A stretch of 64,000 nucleotides of DNA from Thermoanaerobaculia bacterium (lineage in GTDB: Bacteria; Acidobacteriota; Thermoanaerobaculia; Multivoradales; Multivoraceae), in the NCBI GenBank assembly GCA_963664405.1, contig OY761158.1, positions 4,864,001-4,928,000 on the forward strand, written 5' to 3'. This document shows positions 18,973-28,679 of this stretch, piece by piece; position 1 is the stretch's first letter, and each line of letters starts with the position of its first letter. The notes under the pieces are model-generated. The model saw only the letters and a list, made by a program, of their open reading frames with translations, was not told the DNA's origin and searched no databases. The position numbers and the translations under genes are program-made.

Positions 18973-20232
18973 TTATGGAACGGTCCAGTCTTTCATCAGG
19001 GGATGACGGGCCGGATCATAAAGCCAGGTGTCTGTGTTGGGCGCGGCGTTATAGGTGCTTGGACCCCGACCTTTCTGAAAGAAGAACTCGTCGGCGTAAT
19101 CGTAGATGGCGTTGAACTCTTCAGGACCCTGGTCGTGGCCTTCTTGCCCGTACCGGTTCTGTGCGTCGCGCCAGTGAAGACGGCACCATTCTTCGGCATC
19201 CATCCATCCGTAGATGAGCATTCCGGCGCGGATGCCAACCTCGTGGGCCAGGCCGTTGTTGATGCCGTCGCCGATGGAATTGAAGTTCAACAGCGGGCGA
19301 GGCGCGACCAGGGCTACCAGCGTCGGCGCGTCCCAGGGGAGCTTATTCTGCCGCTCTGCAAACCGGTAGTAACGTGGGTGATACCAATGCGGTTGCTTCT
19401 CTAGGAAATTCGCCGAATAGTCCATCGTGCCGCGAAACCCCTCGGGATCGCGCTGACGTGTGGAGCCCAACGTAAACGGGCCGCCCGTCGAAGGGGCCAT
19501 GATCGCAATTCGTTCATCGAAGATCCCGCCAGCCATCGCGGCCTGACCGCCCCGGGAATGGCCCGTCACGATGATCTTGTCCATGTCGACAACACCTATT
19601 TTGTCGAGCACGTCTATGACCGGCTGATAAGCCCAAGCCCAGGCGGCGATGGTGTAGAAGTCGTATTCGGGATAGAGACGGAAGATCCCGGCATGGCGGT
19701 CGGCGTTTGATCCGTCGTCCGGCGCAACCTCTGTCCGTTGGTATTCCACCAGCATGTATCCTCGCCGCACCCCCTCTTCCATGCTGTAGGTCGGCGAAGG
19801 ATGGCCATGTTCCGGGGCGTTGTTGATCAGAGTCGGGTACCGTTTCTCCTCTCCCGGGCGCCACAAGGTAAAGCTGAAGGACTGGGTCAGTGATCTCCTG
19901 GATATGGTTACGAGGTACCCCTGCTTGCGCCCCTGAATGGCGGAGTCGGGCGGGGTATAGCTCTCGTCGAGTGTCTGAGTGAAGGAGAGCTCTTCCCCGG
20001 TCGGTCGGGGAGGTACTCGGCCATACAGGTAATGCTCCAGCATGGCGCGCAGGTAAGCCCGATGCTGCGACCACTGACTCAGATCGGCAACCCGAGTGCC
20101 ATCCAGTTTCTCGAACGGATCGGGCAGACTCGGATTGTCGGGTAGCTCGGCCAGCGACGGAAAGTCATAGCTCTGGGCCGCCGCCGTCGCGGCAAGAATG
20201 CTTGCCGCGAGGAGAAACGAGAGTTTCTTCAT
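18973..20232 (-). CDS. Secreted CE15-like (glucuronoyl esterase-like) alpha/beta hydrolase
   Basis: Signal peptide; LPDPF, AAWAW, GHSRGG, LVAPRPL. Confidence 0.75.
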   Translation of the reverse strand: MKKLSFLLAASILAATAAAQSYDFPSLAELPDNPSLPDPFEKLDGTRVADLSQWSQHRAYLRAMLEHYLYGRVPPRPTGEELSFTQTLDESYTPPDSAIQGRKQGYLVTISRRSLTQSFSFTLWRPGEEKRYPTLINNAPEHGHPSPTYSMEEGVRRGYMLVEYQRTEVAPDDGSNADRHAGIFRLYPEYDFYTIAAWAWAYQPVIDVLDKIGVVDMDKIIVTGHSRGGQAAMAGGIFDERIAIMAPSTGGPFTLGSTRQRDPEGFRGTMDYSANFLEKQPHWYHPRYYRFAERQNKLPWDAPTLVALVAPRPLLNFNSIGDGINNGLAHEVGIRAGMLIYGWMDAEEWCRLHWRDAQNRYGQEGHDQGPEEFNAIYDYADEFFFQKGRGPSTYNAAPNTDTWLYDPARHPLMKDWTVP

Positions 20233-20313
20233 AATGTAGAAAGAACATCCTACTGCAGCCCCGGCGACGGAATTCGGATCTCGCCGTGGCGGCGCTGGTC
20301 GTGAGCCGGACCA

Positions 20314-20348
20314 TAATTGAGTATAATGGGCATCAAATTGCTCAATTA
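20314..20348 (+). promoter_or_regulatory. fic promoter: TATAAT flanked by an inverted repeat
   Basis: TAATTGAG (20314-21), TATAAT (20322-27), CTCAATTA (20341-48). Confidence 0.5.
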
Positions 20349-20376
20349 AACCGATCCACTACGCGATTTCTCCGAG

Positions 20377-21432
20377 ATGACAGGCTCACTTGCCCCTCAG
20401 CTCCTCGACTCACTCCAGTTCTCGGCACAGCAGCTGTCGACTCTCCGCCAGCTCGGCGAGTATCGAGGGAAGCAGGCGCTATTCGACCGGCAGAGGCCTG
20501 AAGTTCTCGAGAGCTTGAGAACAGTGGCGATCGTCGAGTCGAGCGAGTCTTCCAATCGACTCGAGGGCATCACTGTCCCTCGCGAGCGGCTCAAGAAGAT
20601 CGTCCTGCAAAGCACTCGTCCCACCGATCGCTCCGAACAGGAGATCGCGGGCTATCGCGACGCACTCAGCCTAATCCACGAGTCGTGGCAGGACATGCCC
20701 GTGTCCATCAACGTCCTCCTGCAGCTCCACTCGATGCTCTACCGCTACCAGGCCGCGGAGGGTGGCCGGTGGAAGATGGTGGACAACCAGATCGTCGAGC
20801 GCTCACCGGGTGGCGAGATCACTCGAGTTCGGTTCAAGACCGTAGGCGCGGCGCAGACGCCGCAAGCGACAGAAGAAGTTTTCGGCCACTACCGGCTTTC
20901 CGCGGATCAAGGCCGTTACGAGCCCCTGGTTCTGGTGCCCCTCCTCGTTTTGGACTTTCTGTGCATCCACCCGTTTACCGACGGCAATGGGCGGGTCGCT
21001 CGTCTGCTCACCGTATTGCTGCTCTACCAACACGGGTACCAGGTGGGTCGATTCATCAGTCTCGAGAGACTGTTCGAAGACTCGCGGGAGAGTTACTACG
21101 AGACTCTAGAAGCGAGCTCGGCGGGATGGCACGAAACGAAGCACGACGTGAACCCGTGGATGAACTACTTCTGGGGCGTTCTGCTCCGTGCCTACCGGGA
21201 GTTCGAAGAGCGCGTGGGCGAGGTCGGCGGGGGGAAAGGTGCGAAGGGGGAGCAGGTTCGCGCAGCCATCGCCAGAAGAGTCGTTCCCTTTCAGATCTCC
21301 GACCTGGAGCGCGACTGCCCCGGGGTCAGCCGAGAGATGATTCGTGTCGTTCTGGGCCAGTTGCGAGAGGAGGGGGCCGTCGCTCTCGAAGGTCGAGGCC
21401 GCGGCGCAAGGTGGCGCCCTCGGGCTCCTTGA
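20377..21432 (+). CDS. Fic family protein with N-terminal inhibitory motif and C-terminal wHTH
   Basis: HPFTDGNGRVAR; SNRLEG; C-terminal CPGVSREMIR...L..LR.EG...GRG.GARW. Confidence 0.9.
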   Translation: MTGSLAPQLLDSLQFSAQQLSTLRQLGEYRGKQALFDRQRPEVLESLRTVAIVESSESSNRLEGITVPRERLKKIVLQSTRPTDRSEQEIAGYRDALSLIHESWQDMPVSINVLLQLHSMLYRYQAAEGGRWKMVDNQIVERSPGGEITRVRFKTVGAAQTPQATEEVFGHYRLSADQGRYEPLVLVPLLVLDFLCIHPFTDGNGRVARLLTVLLLYQHGYQVGRFISLERLFEDSRESYYETLEASSAGWHETKHDVNPWMNYFWGVLLRAYREFEERVGEVGGGKGAKGEQVRAAIARRVVPFQISDLERDCPGVSREMIRVVLGQLREEGAVALEGRGRGARWRPRAP

Positions 21433-21556
21433 AGTCGGGCCCCCAGTCGGACTTTTCCCCTCTGCTAAGGCTAGAATGAGAGCCGTTCACTTTGTTTCTG
21501 AACAGCGCCCTGCGTCCGCTCGGACGCGACCAGAGAAGAGGATGGAGGTGTTCGAG

Positions 21557-22084
21557 ATGTCTTCTGGCTTTAGAATCTTGGCCTTGGCTTTTTCAATCTT
21601 GGCAGCGGGCGGCGCGCCTTCGCTCCTCGCAGCCGGTGCCGAAGTGGACTACGACGACTCGGTAGATTTTTCTGCCTACCGCACTTTTCGCTGGTTCGGA
21701 GACGGACGAGGAAACCGGCCGGACCGTAGCCGCGGGAAGATGTCGCCGCTGGTCGAGAAGGACATCCAGCAGGCCGTGGAGTCTGAGCTGCAGGCCAAGG
21801 GCCTGGAGCTAGTTGACTCGGGTCAGCCCGATCTGGGGGTCGTCTTCAGCACCGGCAGCCGCCGAGAAGCCGTGAACTACGGTTGGGGACCCAGGTATCG
21901 GGGGCCCCGCAAAGTCACGGTCTATCGGGAGGGTGAGTTGACGATCGATCTGATCGACGGGGACAAACGTGAGCTTGTGTGGCGAGGCTCGGTCTCCGCC
22001 ACTTTGAAGGAGAAACCAGAGAAACTGAAGAAGCAGATCGACAAGTCGGTTGCCAAGGTCTTCAAGAACTATCCGCCTCCATAG
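21557..22084 (+). CDS. DUF4136 secreted protein
   Basis: DYD..VDFSAYRTF, L..KG, YREGELTIDLID...LVWRG. Confidence 0.8.
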   Translation: MSSGFRILALAFSILAAGGAPSLLAAGAEVDYDDSVDFSAYRTFRWFGDGRGNRPDRSRGKMSPLVEKDIQQAVESELQAKGLELVDSGQPDLGVVFSTGSRREAVNYGWGPRYRGPRKVTVYREGELTIDLIDGDKRELVWRGSVSATLKEKPEKLKKQIDKSVAKVFKNYPPP

Positions 22085-22085
22085 A

Positions 22086-23102
22086 ATGAAGCTAGACAGC
22101 GTCGCAACCAGCGATCTTGCACAGATGCCGGCTCGAGCGCGCGCCTTGGAGGAGGCGGGCTACGACGGTTTGCTGACGGAGGAGAGCGGGCACGACCCTT
22201 TCTTGCCCCTGGTCCTCGCTGCCGAGCACACCGAGCGCATCGAGATCGGTACGGCGATTGCTGTCGCCTTCGCTCGCAACCCGATGTTGCTCGCCAACCT
22301 CGGACACGACCTCAACGCCTACGCGAAGGGCCGCATGGTTCTGGGGCTCGGCTCCCAGATCCGTCCGCACATCACCAAGCGCTTTTCGATGCCCTGGTCG
22401 AAGCCCGCAGCACGCATGCGGGAGATGATCCTCGCCACCCGCGCCATCTGGGATTGCTGGTATGGAGGCAAGCGCCTCGAATTTCGCGGCGAGTTCTACA
22501 GCCACACACTGATGACGCCTTTCTTCACTCCGACCAACACCGAGCACGGGCCACCGAAGGTCTTCTTGGCAGCCGTGGGGCCGTTGATGACCGAGGTGGC
22601 CGGCGAGGTGGCGGACGGCATCATCTGTCACGCCCTGACGAGCGAGAAGTTCGTACGAGAGGTCACCCTGCCGGCGGTCGAGCGCGGTCTCGCCAAGGCG
22701 GGCAAGCGGCGTGAGGATTTCGAGCTCATGTGCCCGGTCTTCATCGTCACCGGCGAGACCGAGGAGGAGATGGCGAGATCGCGCCAACAGGTCAAGCAGC
22801 AGATCGCTTTTTACGGCTCGACACCGGCCTACAGGCCGGTTCTCGATACCCATGGCTGGGGGGAGCTGCAGGGAGAGCTCAACGCCATGTCGAAGCGCGG
22901 ACTGTGGGTCGAGATGGGAGAGCTCATCGGCCCGGACGTGCTCGACGCCTTCACTGTGCAGGCAGAATCTCCGCAGGACATCGCTGCCGGTTTCGTCGGT
23001 CGCTTCGGTGACCTCATCGATCGCACCGCCGGCGCCTACATGCATCTGTCTCCGGAGCGCGAGCGGCAGCTCATCGATGCGTTTCGGAGCCTTTCCAAAT
23101 AG
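22086..23102 (+). CDS. LLM-class F420-dependent oxidoreductase (TIGR03617-like)
   Basis: HDPFLPL, IAVAFARNP, LGLGSQIRPHI, IAFYGSTPAY. Confidence 0.88.
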   Translation: MKLDSVATSDLAQMPARARALEEAGYDGLLTEESGHDPFLPLVLAAEHTERIEIGTAIAVAFARNPMLLANLGHDLNAYAKGRMVLGLGSQIRPHITKRFSMPWSKPAARMREMILATRAIWDCWYGGKRLEFRGEFYSHTLMTPFFTPTNTEHGPPKVFLAAVGPLMTEVAGEVADGIICHALTSEKFVREVTLPAVERGLAKAGKRREDFELMCPVFIVTGETEEEMARSRQQVKQQIAFYGSTPAYRPVLDTHGWGELQGELNAMSKRGLWVEMGELIGPDVLDAFTVQAESPQDIAAGFVGRFGDLIDRTAGAYMHLSPERERQLIDAFRSLSK

Positions 23103-23113
23103 GATGTGACGCT

Positions 23114-23971
23114 ATGAAATTCGAGACCATTCTCTGTGATGTGAAAGACGAGATCCTGACGATCACGTTGAATCGACCGGACCGGTTGAACGCGTGGAAC
23201 CACCAGATGCTCTACGATCTGATCGCCGCTTTCGATCATGCCGACGAGAACGACGAGGTCGGCGCCGTCGTCCTGACCGGCGCCGGTCGCGGCTTCTGTG
23301 CCGGTGCCGATCTCGCCGGCGGTGGGGGAAAGACCTTCAGCGGCACCGGGAATCAGGTGCACCTGGATGAGCTCGGTGACAGTGGCGGCGCGATGTCACG
23401 GCGGATCTTTCAGTCGCTGAAGCCCGTCATCGTCGCCTTCAATGGCCCCGCGGTGGGCGTCGGGCTCACCATGACCCTCGCCGCCGATATTCGCATCGCC
23501 GCACCGAACATCAAGATGGGGTTCGTGTTCGCGGCGCGAGGTATTATCCCCGAAGGATGCTCTTCGTATTTCCTGCCGCGGCTGGTCGGGATCAGCAAGG
23601 CACTGGAGTGGTGCATGTCGGCGCGCGTCTTTCGTTCGGAGGAAGCCCTCGAGGCGGGGCTCGTGCGAAGTATCCACGATCCCGAGGACTTGTTGCCCGC
23701 CGCCTACGAGCTCGCGCACGAGTTCACGGCGAGCTCGCGAGTCTCGAACGCCGTCTTGCGTCAGATGTTCTGGCGCATGCTCGGCGCTGACGATCCGATC
23801 GTCGCGCACAGACTGGACACCGAGGGCATGATCCAAATCGGCAAGTCTGCCGATGCGACCGAGGGCACTACTTCTTTTCTCGAGAAGCGTCCCGCGAAGT
23901 TTCCGGGCAAAGTCAGTGAGGATCTCCCTGAGTTCTTCCCCTGGTGGGAGGAGCCCAAGTTCCGGGAGTAG
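23114..23971 (+). CDS. Enoyl-CoA hydratase/isomerase (crotonase)
   Basis: LNRPDRLNA, FCAGADL, NGPAVGVG, FLEKRPA. Confidence 0.92.
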   Translation: MKFETILCDVKDEILTITLNRPDRLNAWNHQMLYDLIAAFDHADENDEVGAVVLTGAGRGFCAGADLAGGGGKTFSGTGNQVHLDELGDSGGAMSRRIFQSLKPVIVAFNGPAVGVGLTMTLAADIRIAAPNIKMGFVFAARGIIPEGCSSYFLPRLVGISKALEWCMSARVFRSEEALEAGLVRSIHDPEDLLPAAYELAHEFTASSRVSNAVLRQMFWRMLGADDPIVAHRLDTEGMIQIGKSADATEGTTSFLEKRPAKFPGKVSEDLPEFFPWWEEPKFRE

Positions 23972-23992
23972 CGAGGGGCTGTAGAGTCGGGA

Positions 23993-25102
23993 CTACACGA
24001 GATCGCTGTCCCCGATCATCAGGTGGAGGTGGGCGTTTTTTAGCCCGACGAAGGCCAGATCCTCGGCCGGCAGATCAACGGGCCGATAGAGAAAGCCACT
24101 CTTTCTGCGGGAGCTAGAGAAGCCCGCCCGAAGCAGAGAAGAGCGGTAGGGATGTCGCCGAGGCAGCCAGCAGGATATTGCGGCCGCACCGCCGGCTCGA
24201 GCCTCGGCGACGGCGGCAGTCAACAAGGCCCTCGCGACGTCACGGCGTCCGGGTAAGACGAGTAGATCCGCGATGTCCCATTTCGAGTCAGAGATGCGGA
24301 CCACCGAGTAGCCCAGGAGCTCTCCTTGCCGCTCGCAGACAGTGACTCCGAAGTGGCCGGCGCGGGGGTCGCAGTAGCGCCAATTGAGATACTCCCTGCT
24401 CTTTTCGACGATGAGATCGAATCCGCCCGCGACGCCCCGGAAGAAGTCGTCCACATGCTCCCCAAAGCGATCGATGTGAGTCAGAGCTCCTGGAGGCTTG
24501 GCGCTCCGGAGCCCGACAGATGCAACCAGGCCTTGCAGTGAAGCCAAGGCGGTCAGCAGCTCGAGGACCGGCAATCTGGAATCCTCGGGTTTGTGGTCCC
24601 GCTTCTGTGCGAAGTCTGCCGGATTGAGGATCCTCACCATGGTTCTGATCGCATTGGCGGGGAGCTGTGCGCCGGTGCGCCGGTTGACTCTCCGCATTGC
24701 CGGATGGACTCCGAGCTCGTCCAAGGCCAGGTCATGGGGTGGACGGTGGGGACCACTGATGTATGCCAACGCCTGCGTGTACACGCCCCGGCCCCGCTCC
24801 GACGGATGGACGGCGGCATCCGGGAAATGGAGCGCGAGAAGCGGCCGACCTCCGACCTGGATGCGACAAGAGCGGATGGTGCTTGCGTGGACCAGGCGGC
24901 CGTCGCGTCGCCCGACGAGAAAGGAGAGCTCTGAGGTAGGGCTCTCCGCTTTCCAGCGGAGCTGATCGACCAGCGGACACTCGGGGTCGCGGGCCGGCCA
25001 TTGCCCGAAGGCGGTGATGTAAAGATCGAGGATCTCGCGAAGGAGCGGGTCCGACGCCTCCGAGGTGTCGACAAACTTGAACTCTACGGCGGAGGCACCC
25101 AA
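23993..25102 (-). CDS. GNAT family N-acetyltransferase (tandem fold)
   Basis: VHPSERGRGVY; YLNWRY..P; C-terminal GDSD. Confidence 0.7.
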   Translation of the reverse strand: MGASAVEFKFVDTSEASDPLLREILDLYITAFGQWPARDPECPLVDQLRWKAESPTSELSFLVGRRDGRLVHASTIRSCRIQVGGRPLLALHFPDAAVHPSERGRGVYTQALAYISGPHRPPHDLALDELGVHPAMRRVNRRTGAQLPANAIRTMVRILNPADFAQKRDHKPEDSRLPVLELLTALASLQGLVASVGLRSAKPPGALTHIDRFGEHVDDFFRGVAGGFDLIVEKSREYLNWRYCDPRAGHFGVTVCERQGELLGYSVVRISDSKWDIADLLVLPGRRDVARALLTAAVAEARAGGAAAISCWLPRRHPYRSSLLRAGFSSSRRKSGFLYRPVDLPAEDLAFVGLKNAHLHLMIGDSDLV

Positions 25103-25114
25103 CTACGTCAAACC

Positions 25115-25501
25115 TCAGAGAAGGCTCACCTCTTCTGTGGCCTTGGTCACCACCAGAATGCGCTGATTGTTCTCCTCTCCGTCGGCGGGAAACAGGAAGA
25201 ACGCCAGCCGGTCGGCCGAGTAGCCGTTGGTGTAGCCGACCACAGTCTCGCCGTCTCTGAACCGCACCCGGATCTTCCTGCCGAGACCCGGCCGCTCCAC
25301 GTCGTGGCGAGGCTGGTATCCGGAGTCGCCGGCGAAGTCCTTTACGTAGTACACCGCCTTGAGCTCTTCGAGGCCCACCTCGGTAGGACTGTCAGAGTCA
25401 TCTTCCTGGAGATGAAAGATCGGCTTGTTCGGGAAGAGGTCACCGCTGAACCCCTTGCCGATGCGCCCGTTCGCGTAGTGGACCACGATTCTGGCTCTCA
25501 C
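25115..25501 (-). CDS. Hypothetical protein with two internal repeats (DUF6982-like)
   Basis: IVVHYANG..KG / IRVRFRDGE..VG; LKAVYYVKDF. Confidence 0.65.
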   Translation of the reverse strand: MRARIVVHYANGRIGKGFSGDLFPNKPIFHLQEDDSDSPTEVGLEELKAVYYVKDFAGDSGYQPRHDVERPGLGRKIRVRFRDGETVVGYTNGYSADRLAFFLFPADGEENNQRILVVTKATEEVSLL

Positions 25502-25534
25502 GACGACAGCGTATCGCAGGCTGCCAAGGTCCTC

Positions 25535-25960
25535 CTACTTGCGCTTGATGGTTTCCTCGGGGATGTTTTCTCTCGCCCGGGGCTGACGAACGTTCTGGAT
25601 GATGACGGTCTTACCCCGCTCGGTGATGATCGTGCCTAGAACCATTTCGTCTTTGCCGTTTCGCGCCGGCCATCCCAAGATGGTCACGGTTTCACCGACC
25701 TTGGCAATGTCGCGGCGATTGCCCATGTTGTCCCAGCGGCGTGGGTTCATGCTCTCGATCTTCCAAGTTTCCTTGGTGCCGTCGTCGTTTTCGACCTCGA
25801 GGACGAGTTGAATGTGGGGGGCGTTGAACGAGAACTTCGTCAGTACGCAGGTTCGCCGTATTTTGTTGTCGATGTCATACCCCGCGAAGGAGTGATGGGC
25901 CTGCGTTTGAACAGCAAAGAGTGCCGAGAGAATTGCGAGTATGATGAGGGATCGATTCAT
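25535..25960 (-). CDS. DUF6152-like secreted protein
   Basis: Signal peptide then HHSFAGYD...NAPH...WKIE. Confidence 0.75.
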   Translation of the reverse strand: MNRSLIILAILSALFAVQTQAHHSFAGYDIDNKIRRTCVLTKFSFNAPHIQLVLEVENDDGTKETWKIESMNPRRWDNMGNRRDIAKVGETVTILGWPARNGKDEMVLGTIITERGKTVIIQNVRQPRARENIPEETIKRK

Positions 25961-25994
25961 CGCCTTTGCAGTTTATGACGAGATCGGGGAGTGC

Positions 25995-27809
25995 ATGTCA
26001 AGAAGAGTCCACCCCCTCACCGCCCTGAGCGTCTGCGTGCTGGTGGCGATGAGCGCCCACGCCGCGGAGCGCAACGCCTTTTACGGAGATCTCCACGTCC
26101 ACACCCACTTTTCGTTCGACGCCTACTCCTTCGGCAACCGCAATTCGCCCGACGTCGCCTACCAGTATGCGCGTGGGGGGGCTATCCGACATCCCTCCGG
26201 CTACGTGATCCAGCTCGATCGCCCGCTCGATTTCTACGCGGTCACCGACCACGGCCTCTTTCTCGGCATGTTCATGGCGATGGAGGACCCCGCGCATCCG
26301 CTTCACCAGGATCCCGAGGCCCGTCGTTATATCGACTCTCATACCGGCACCCTGGTCACGGGACGGGGACCGGATCTCAGCGCCACCGTCAGCTATCTCC
26401 GGGACCATCCCGATCCGGGGGCCGCGCGCTCGGCATGGCACGAGATCATCGCGTCGGCCGAGCGCAACTACGAGCCGGGCACGCTCACGACCTTCATCGC
26501 CTACGAATACACCTCCTCTCACCCCGACGGCGGAAACCAGCATCGCAACGTGATCTTCCGCGGCTCGGAAGTGCCCGAGCTGCCCTTCTCGCGGATCGAC
26601 TCGGCCAACCCCGAGGATCTCTGGGCGTGGCTCGACGACATGCGTGCACAGGGTATCGAAGGCCTCGCCATTCCCCACAACTCGAACCAGAGCCTCGGCC
26701 GCAGGTTCGCGCGCCAGCAGGAGTCGGGCGAGCCCCTGGACGCCGAGTACGCCCGGCTGCGCATGCGCAACGAGCCCCTCCTCGAGGTGACCCAGATCAA
26801 GGGCACCTCGGAGACACACCCTCTGCTCTCCCCCAACGACGAGTGGGCCGACTTCGAGCTCCTGCCGCTGTCGACCGAGATGGAGCACCTGCGTGGCAGC
26901 TTCGCGCGCGACGCCTACCTCACCGGTCTCGAGTTCGAGGAGAAGGAGGGCTTCAACCCCTACAAGTTCGGGCTGGTCGCTGCGAGCGACGTCCACAACT
27001 CGGGCTCGGCGTTCGAGGAGTCGAAATACACCAGCAAGCTCGGGCTCCACGACGGGACGCCGGAGGGGCGGGGGTCGATTCCCCCGAACGGTGCCAAGAC
27101 GTGGGACGAGGACCACGTAGGAGTGCGCAGGAGTCTGCCCTACTTCGGCGCTTCCGGCCTGGCGGCGGTGTGGGCCGAGGAGAACACCCGCGAATCGATC
27201 TACGACGCCTTCCGCCGCAAGGAGACCTTCGCCACCACCGGGCCGCGCATCCGCCTGCGCTTCTTCGGCAGCTCCGGCTTTGACGACGAAGCCCTTCAGG
27301 ACGCCTTTCTGATCGCGAAGGCTTACGAGCACGGCGTGCCGATGGGCGCCGATCTCCCTGCTCGCGGAAGCGGTGTGCCGCAATTTCTGGTCTGGGCCGT
27401 GCAGGACCCCGAGTCCGCGAAGCTCCAGCGCGTGCAGGTGATCAAGGGCTGGATCGAAGACGGCCGGCCGCAGGAGCGCGTCTACGATGTCGCCTGCTCC
27501 GACGGTCTGGAGGTGGACGCGGAGAGCCATCGCTGTCCCGACAACGGCGCCGCGGTGAATCTCACCGACTGCAGCGTCAGCGCCGGCCTCGGTGCCACGC
27601 AGCTCAGAACACTCTGGACCGATCCCGACTTCGACCGCAGTCAACGCGCCTTCTATTACGTGCGGGCCTTGGAGAATCCGACCTGCCGCTGGTCCACATG
27701 GGATGCAATACGTGCAGGCACACCACCTCGACCAGATCTCGCGACCACGCTGCAAGAGCGTGCCTTCTCGTCTCCGATCTGGCTGATACCGGAGCGCACA
27801 GGGGAGTGA
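25995..27809 (+). CDS. DUF3604 (PHP-like) secreted protein
   Basis: YGDLHVHTHFSFDA, VTDH, HRNVIF, IPHNSN, QIKGTSETHP, QERAFSSPIW. Confidence 0.9.
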   Translation: MSRRVHPLTALSVCVLVAMSAHAAERNAFYGDLHVHTHFSFDAYSFGNRNSPDVAYQYARGGAIRHPSGYVIQLDRPLDFYAVTDHGLFLGMFMAMEDPAHPLHQDPEARRYIDSHTGTLVTGRGPDLSATVSYLRDHPDPGAARSAWHEIIASAERNYEPGTLTTFIAYEYTSSHPDGGNQHRNVIFRGSEVPELPFSRIDSANPEDLWAWLDDMRAQGIEGLAIPHNSNQSLGRRFARQQESGEPLDAEYARLRMRNEPLLEVTQIKGTSETHPLLSPNDEWADFELLPLSTEMEHLRGSFARDAYLTGLEFEEKEGFNPYKFGLVAASDVHNSGSAFEESKYTSKLGLHDGTPEGRGSIPPNGAKTWDEDHVGVRRSLPYFGASGLAAVWAEENTRESIYDAFRRKETFATTGPRIRLRFFGSSGFDDEALQDAFLIAKAYEHGVPMGADLPARGSGVPQFLVWAVQDPESAKLQRVQVIKGWIEDGRPQERVYDVACSDGLEVDAESHRCPDNGAAVNLTDCSVSAGLGATQLRTLWTDPDFDRSQRAFYYVRALENPTCRWSTWDAIRAGTPPRPDLATTLQERAFSSPIWLIPERTGE

Positions 27810-27814
27810 CTCGC

Positions 27815-28645
27815 ATGACCTATGAAACCATCGCGGTGAGACCACTCAATCCGACGATCGGAGCTGAAATCGACGGCGTCGATCTCGCGAAGCCGCTGGA
27901 CAGCGAAACCTTTCAGGAGATTCACGATGCCCTGATGCAGCATCAGGTGATCTTCTTTCGTGATCAGGCGATGACCCTGGACGAGCACAAGGCGTTTGGC
28001 CGGCGCTTCGGGGAGCTGCATATCCACCCCGCAGCCAAGAAGACGGAAGGTCATCCGGAGGTCCTGACCATTCATGCCGACGAGAGATCGAAGGTGGTCG
28101 CGGGCATGCGCTGGCACTCCGATGTGTCCTGCGACAACGAGCCGCCGATGGGCAGCATCCTCCATCTACACGAGATCCCCGAGTCGGGCGGCGACACTAT
28201 GTTCGCCTCGATGTACGCGGCCTATGACTCCTTGTCTGAGCCCGTTAAGGGGTTTATCGGCGGCCTCGAGGCCTGGCATGAATCCGCCCATGTGCACCGC
28301 GACCGCCTGGGCCACAAAGGAGAGCTGCGGGATGGCGAGAATTCCTATCCCGTATCTCTGCACCCGATTGTCCGCACCCACCCAGTGACCCAGCGCAAGA
28401 CCCTCTTCGTCAACGAGAATTTCACCACCCGCATCGATGGCCTCGAGCCCAAGGAGAGCGAGGCCATCCTGAAAATGCTCTACGACCACATCGACACGCC
28501 GGAATTCCACTGCCGCTTCACCTGGCGCGAGCGGTCCGTCGCCTTCTGGGACAACCGCTGTGCTCAGCACCGCGTGGTATGGGACTACTATCCCCAGGTT
28601 CGGCACGGCTACCGGGTCACGGTTGCAGGCGATAAACCGTTCTGA
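27815..28645 (+). CDS. tauD: TauD/TfdA alpha-ketoglutarate-dependent dioxygenase
   Basis: WHSD, GGDT, HPIVRTHP, WDNRCAQH. Confidence 0.88.
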   Translation: MTYETIAVRPLNPTIGAEIDGVDLAKPLDSETFQEIHDALMQHQVIFFRDQAMTLDEHKAFGRRFGELHIHPAAKKTEGHPEVLTIHADERSKVVAGMRWHSDVSCDNEPPMGSILHLHEIPESGGDTMFASMYAAYDSLSEPVKGFIGGLEAWHESAHVHRDRLGHKGELRDGENSYPVSLHPIVRTHPVTQRKTLFVNENFTTRIDGLEPKESEAILKMLYDHIDTPEFHCRFTWRERSVAFWDNRCAQHRVVWDYYPQVRHGYRVTVAGDKPF

Positions 28646-28679
28646 TCGATCAGGCCGGCGCAGGGGCGCTGTAGAAGTC

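Noticed and set aside
25991-27845. Long alternative-frame and antisense ORFs (also 38862-40247, 6408-7544, 63151-63981 and others)
   Set aside because: Shadow ORFs typical of high-GC DNA overlapping well-supported genes; no motifs.
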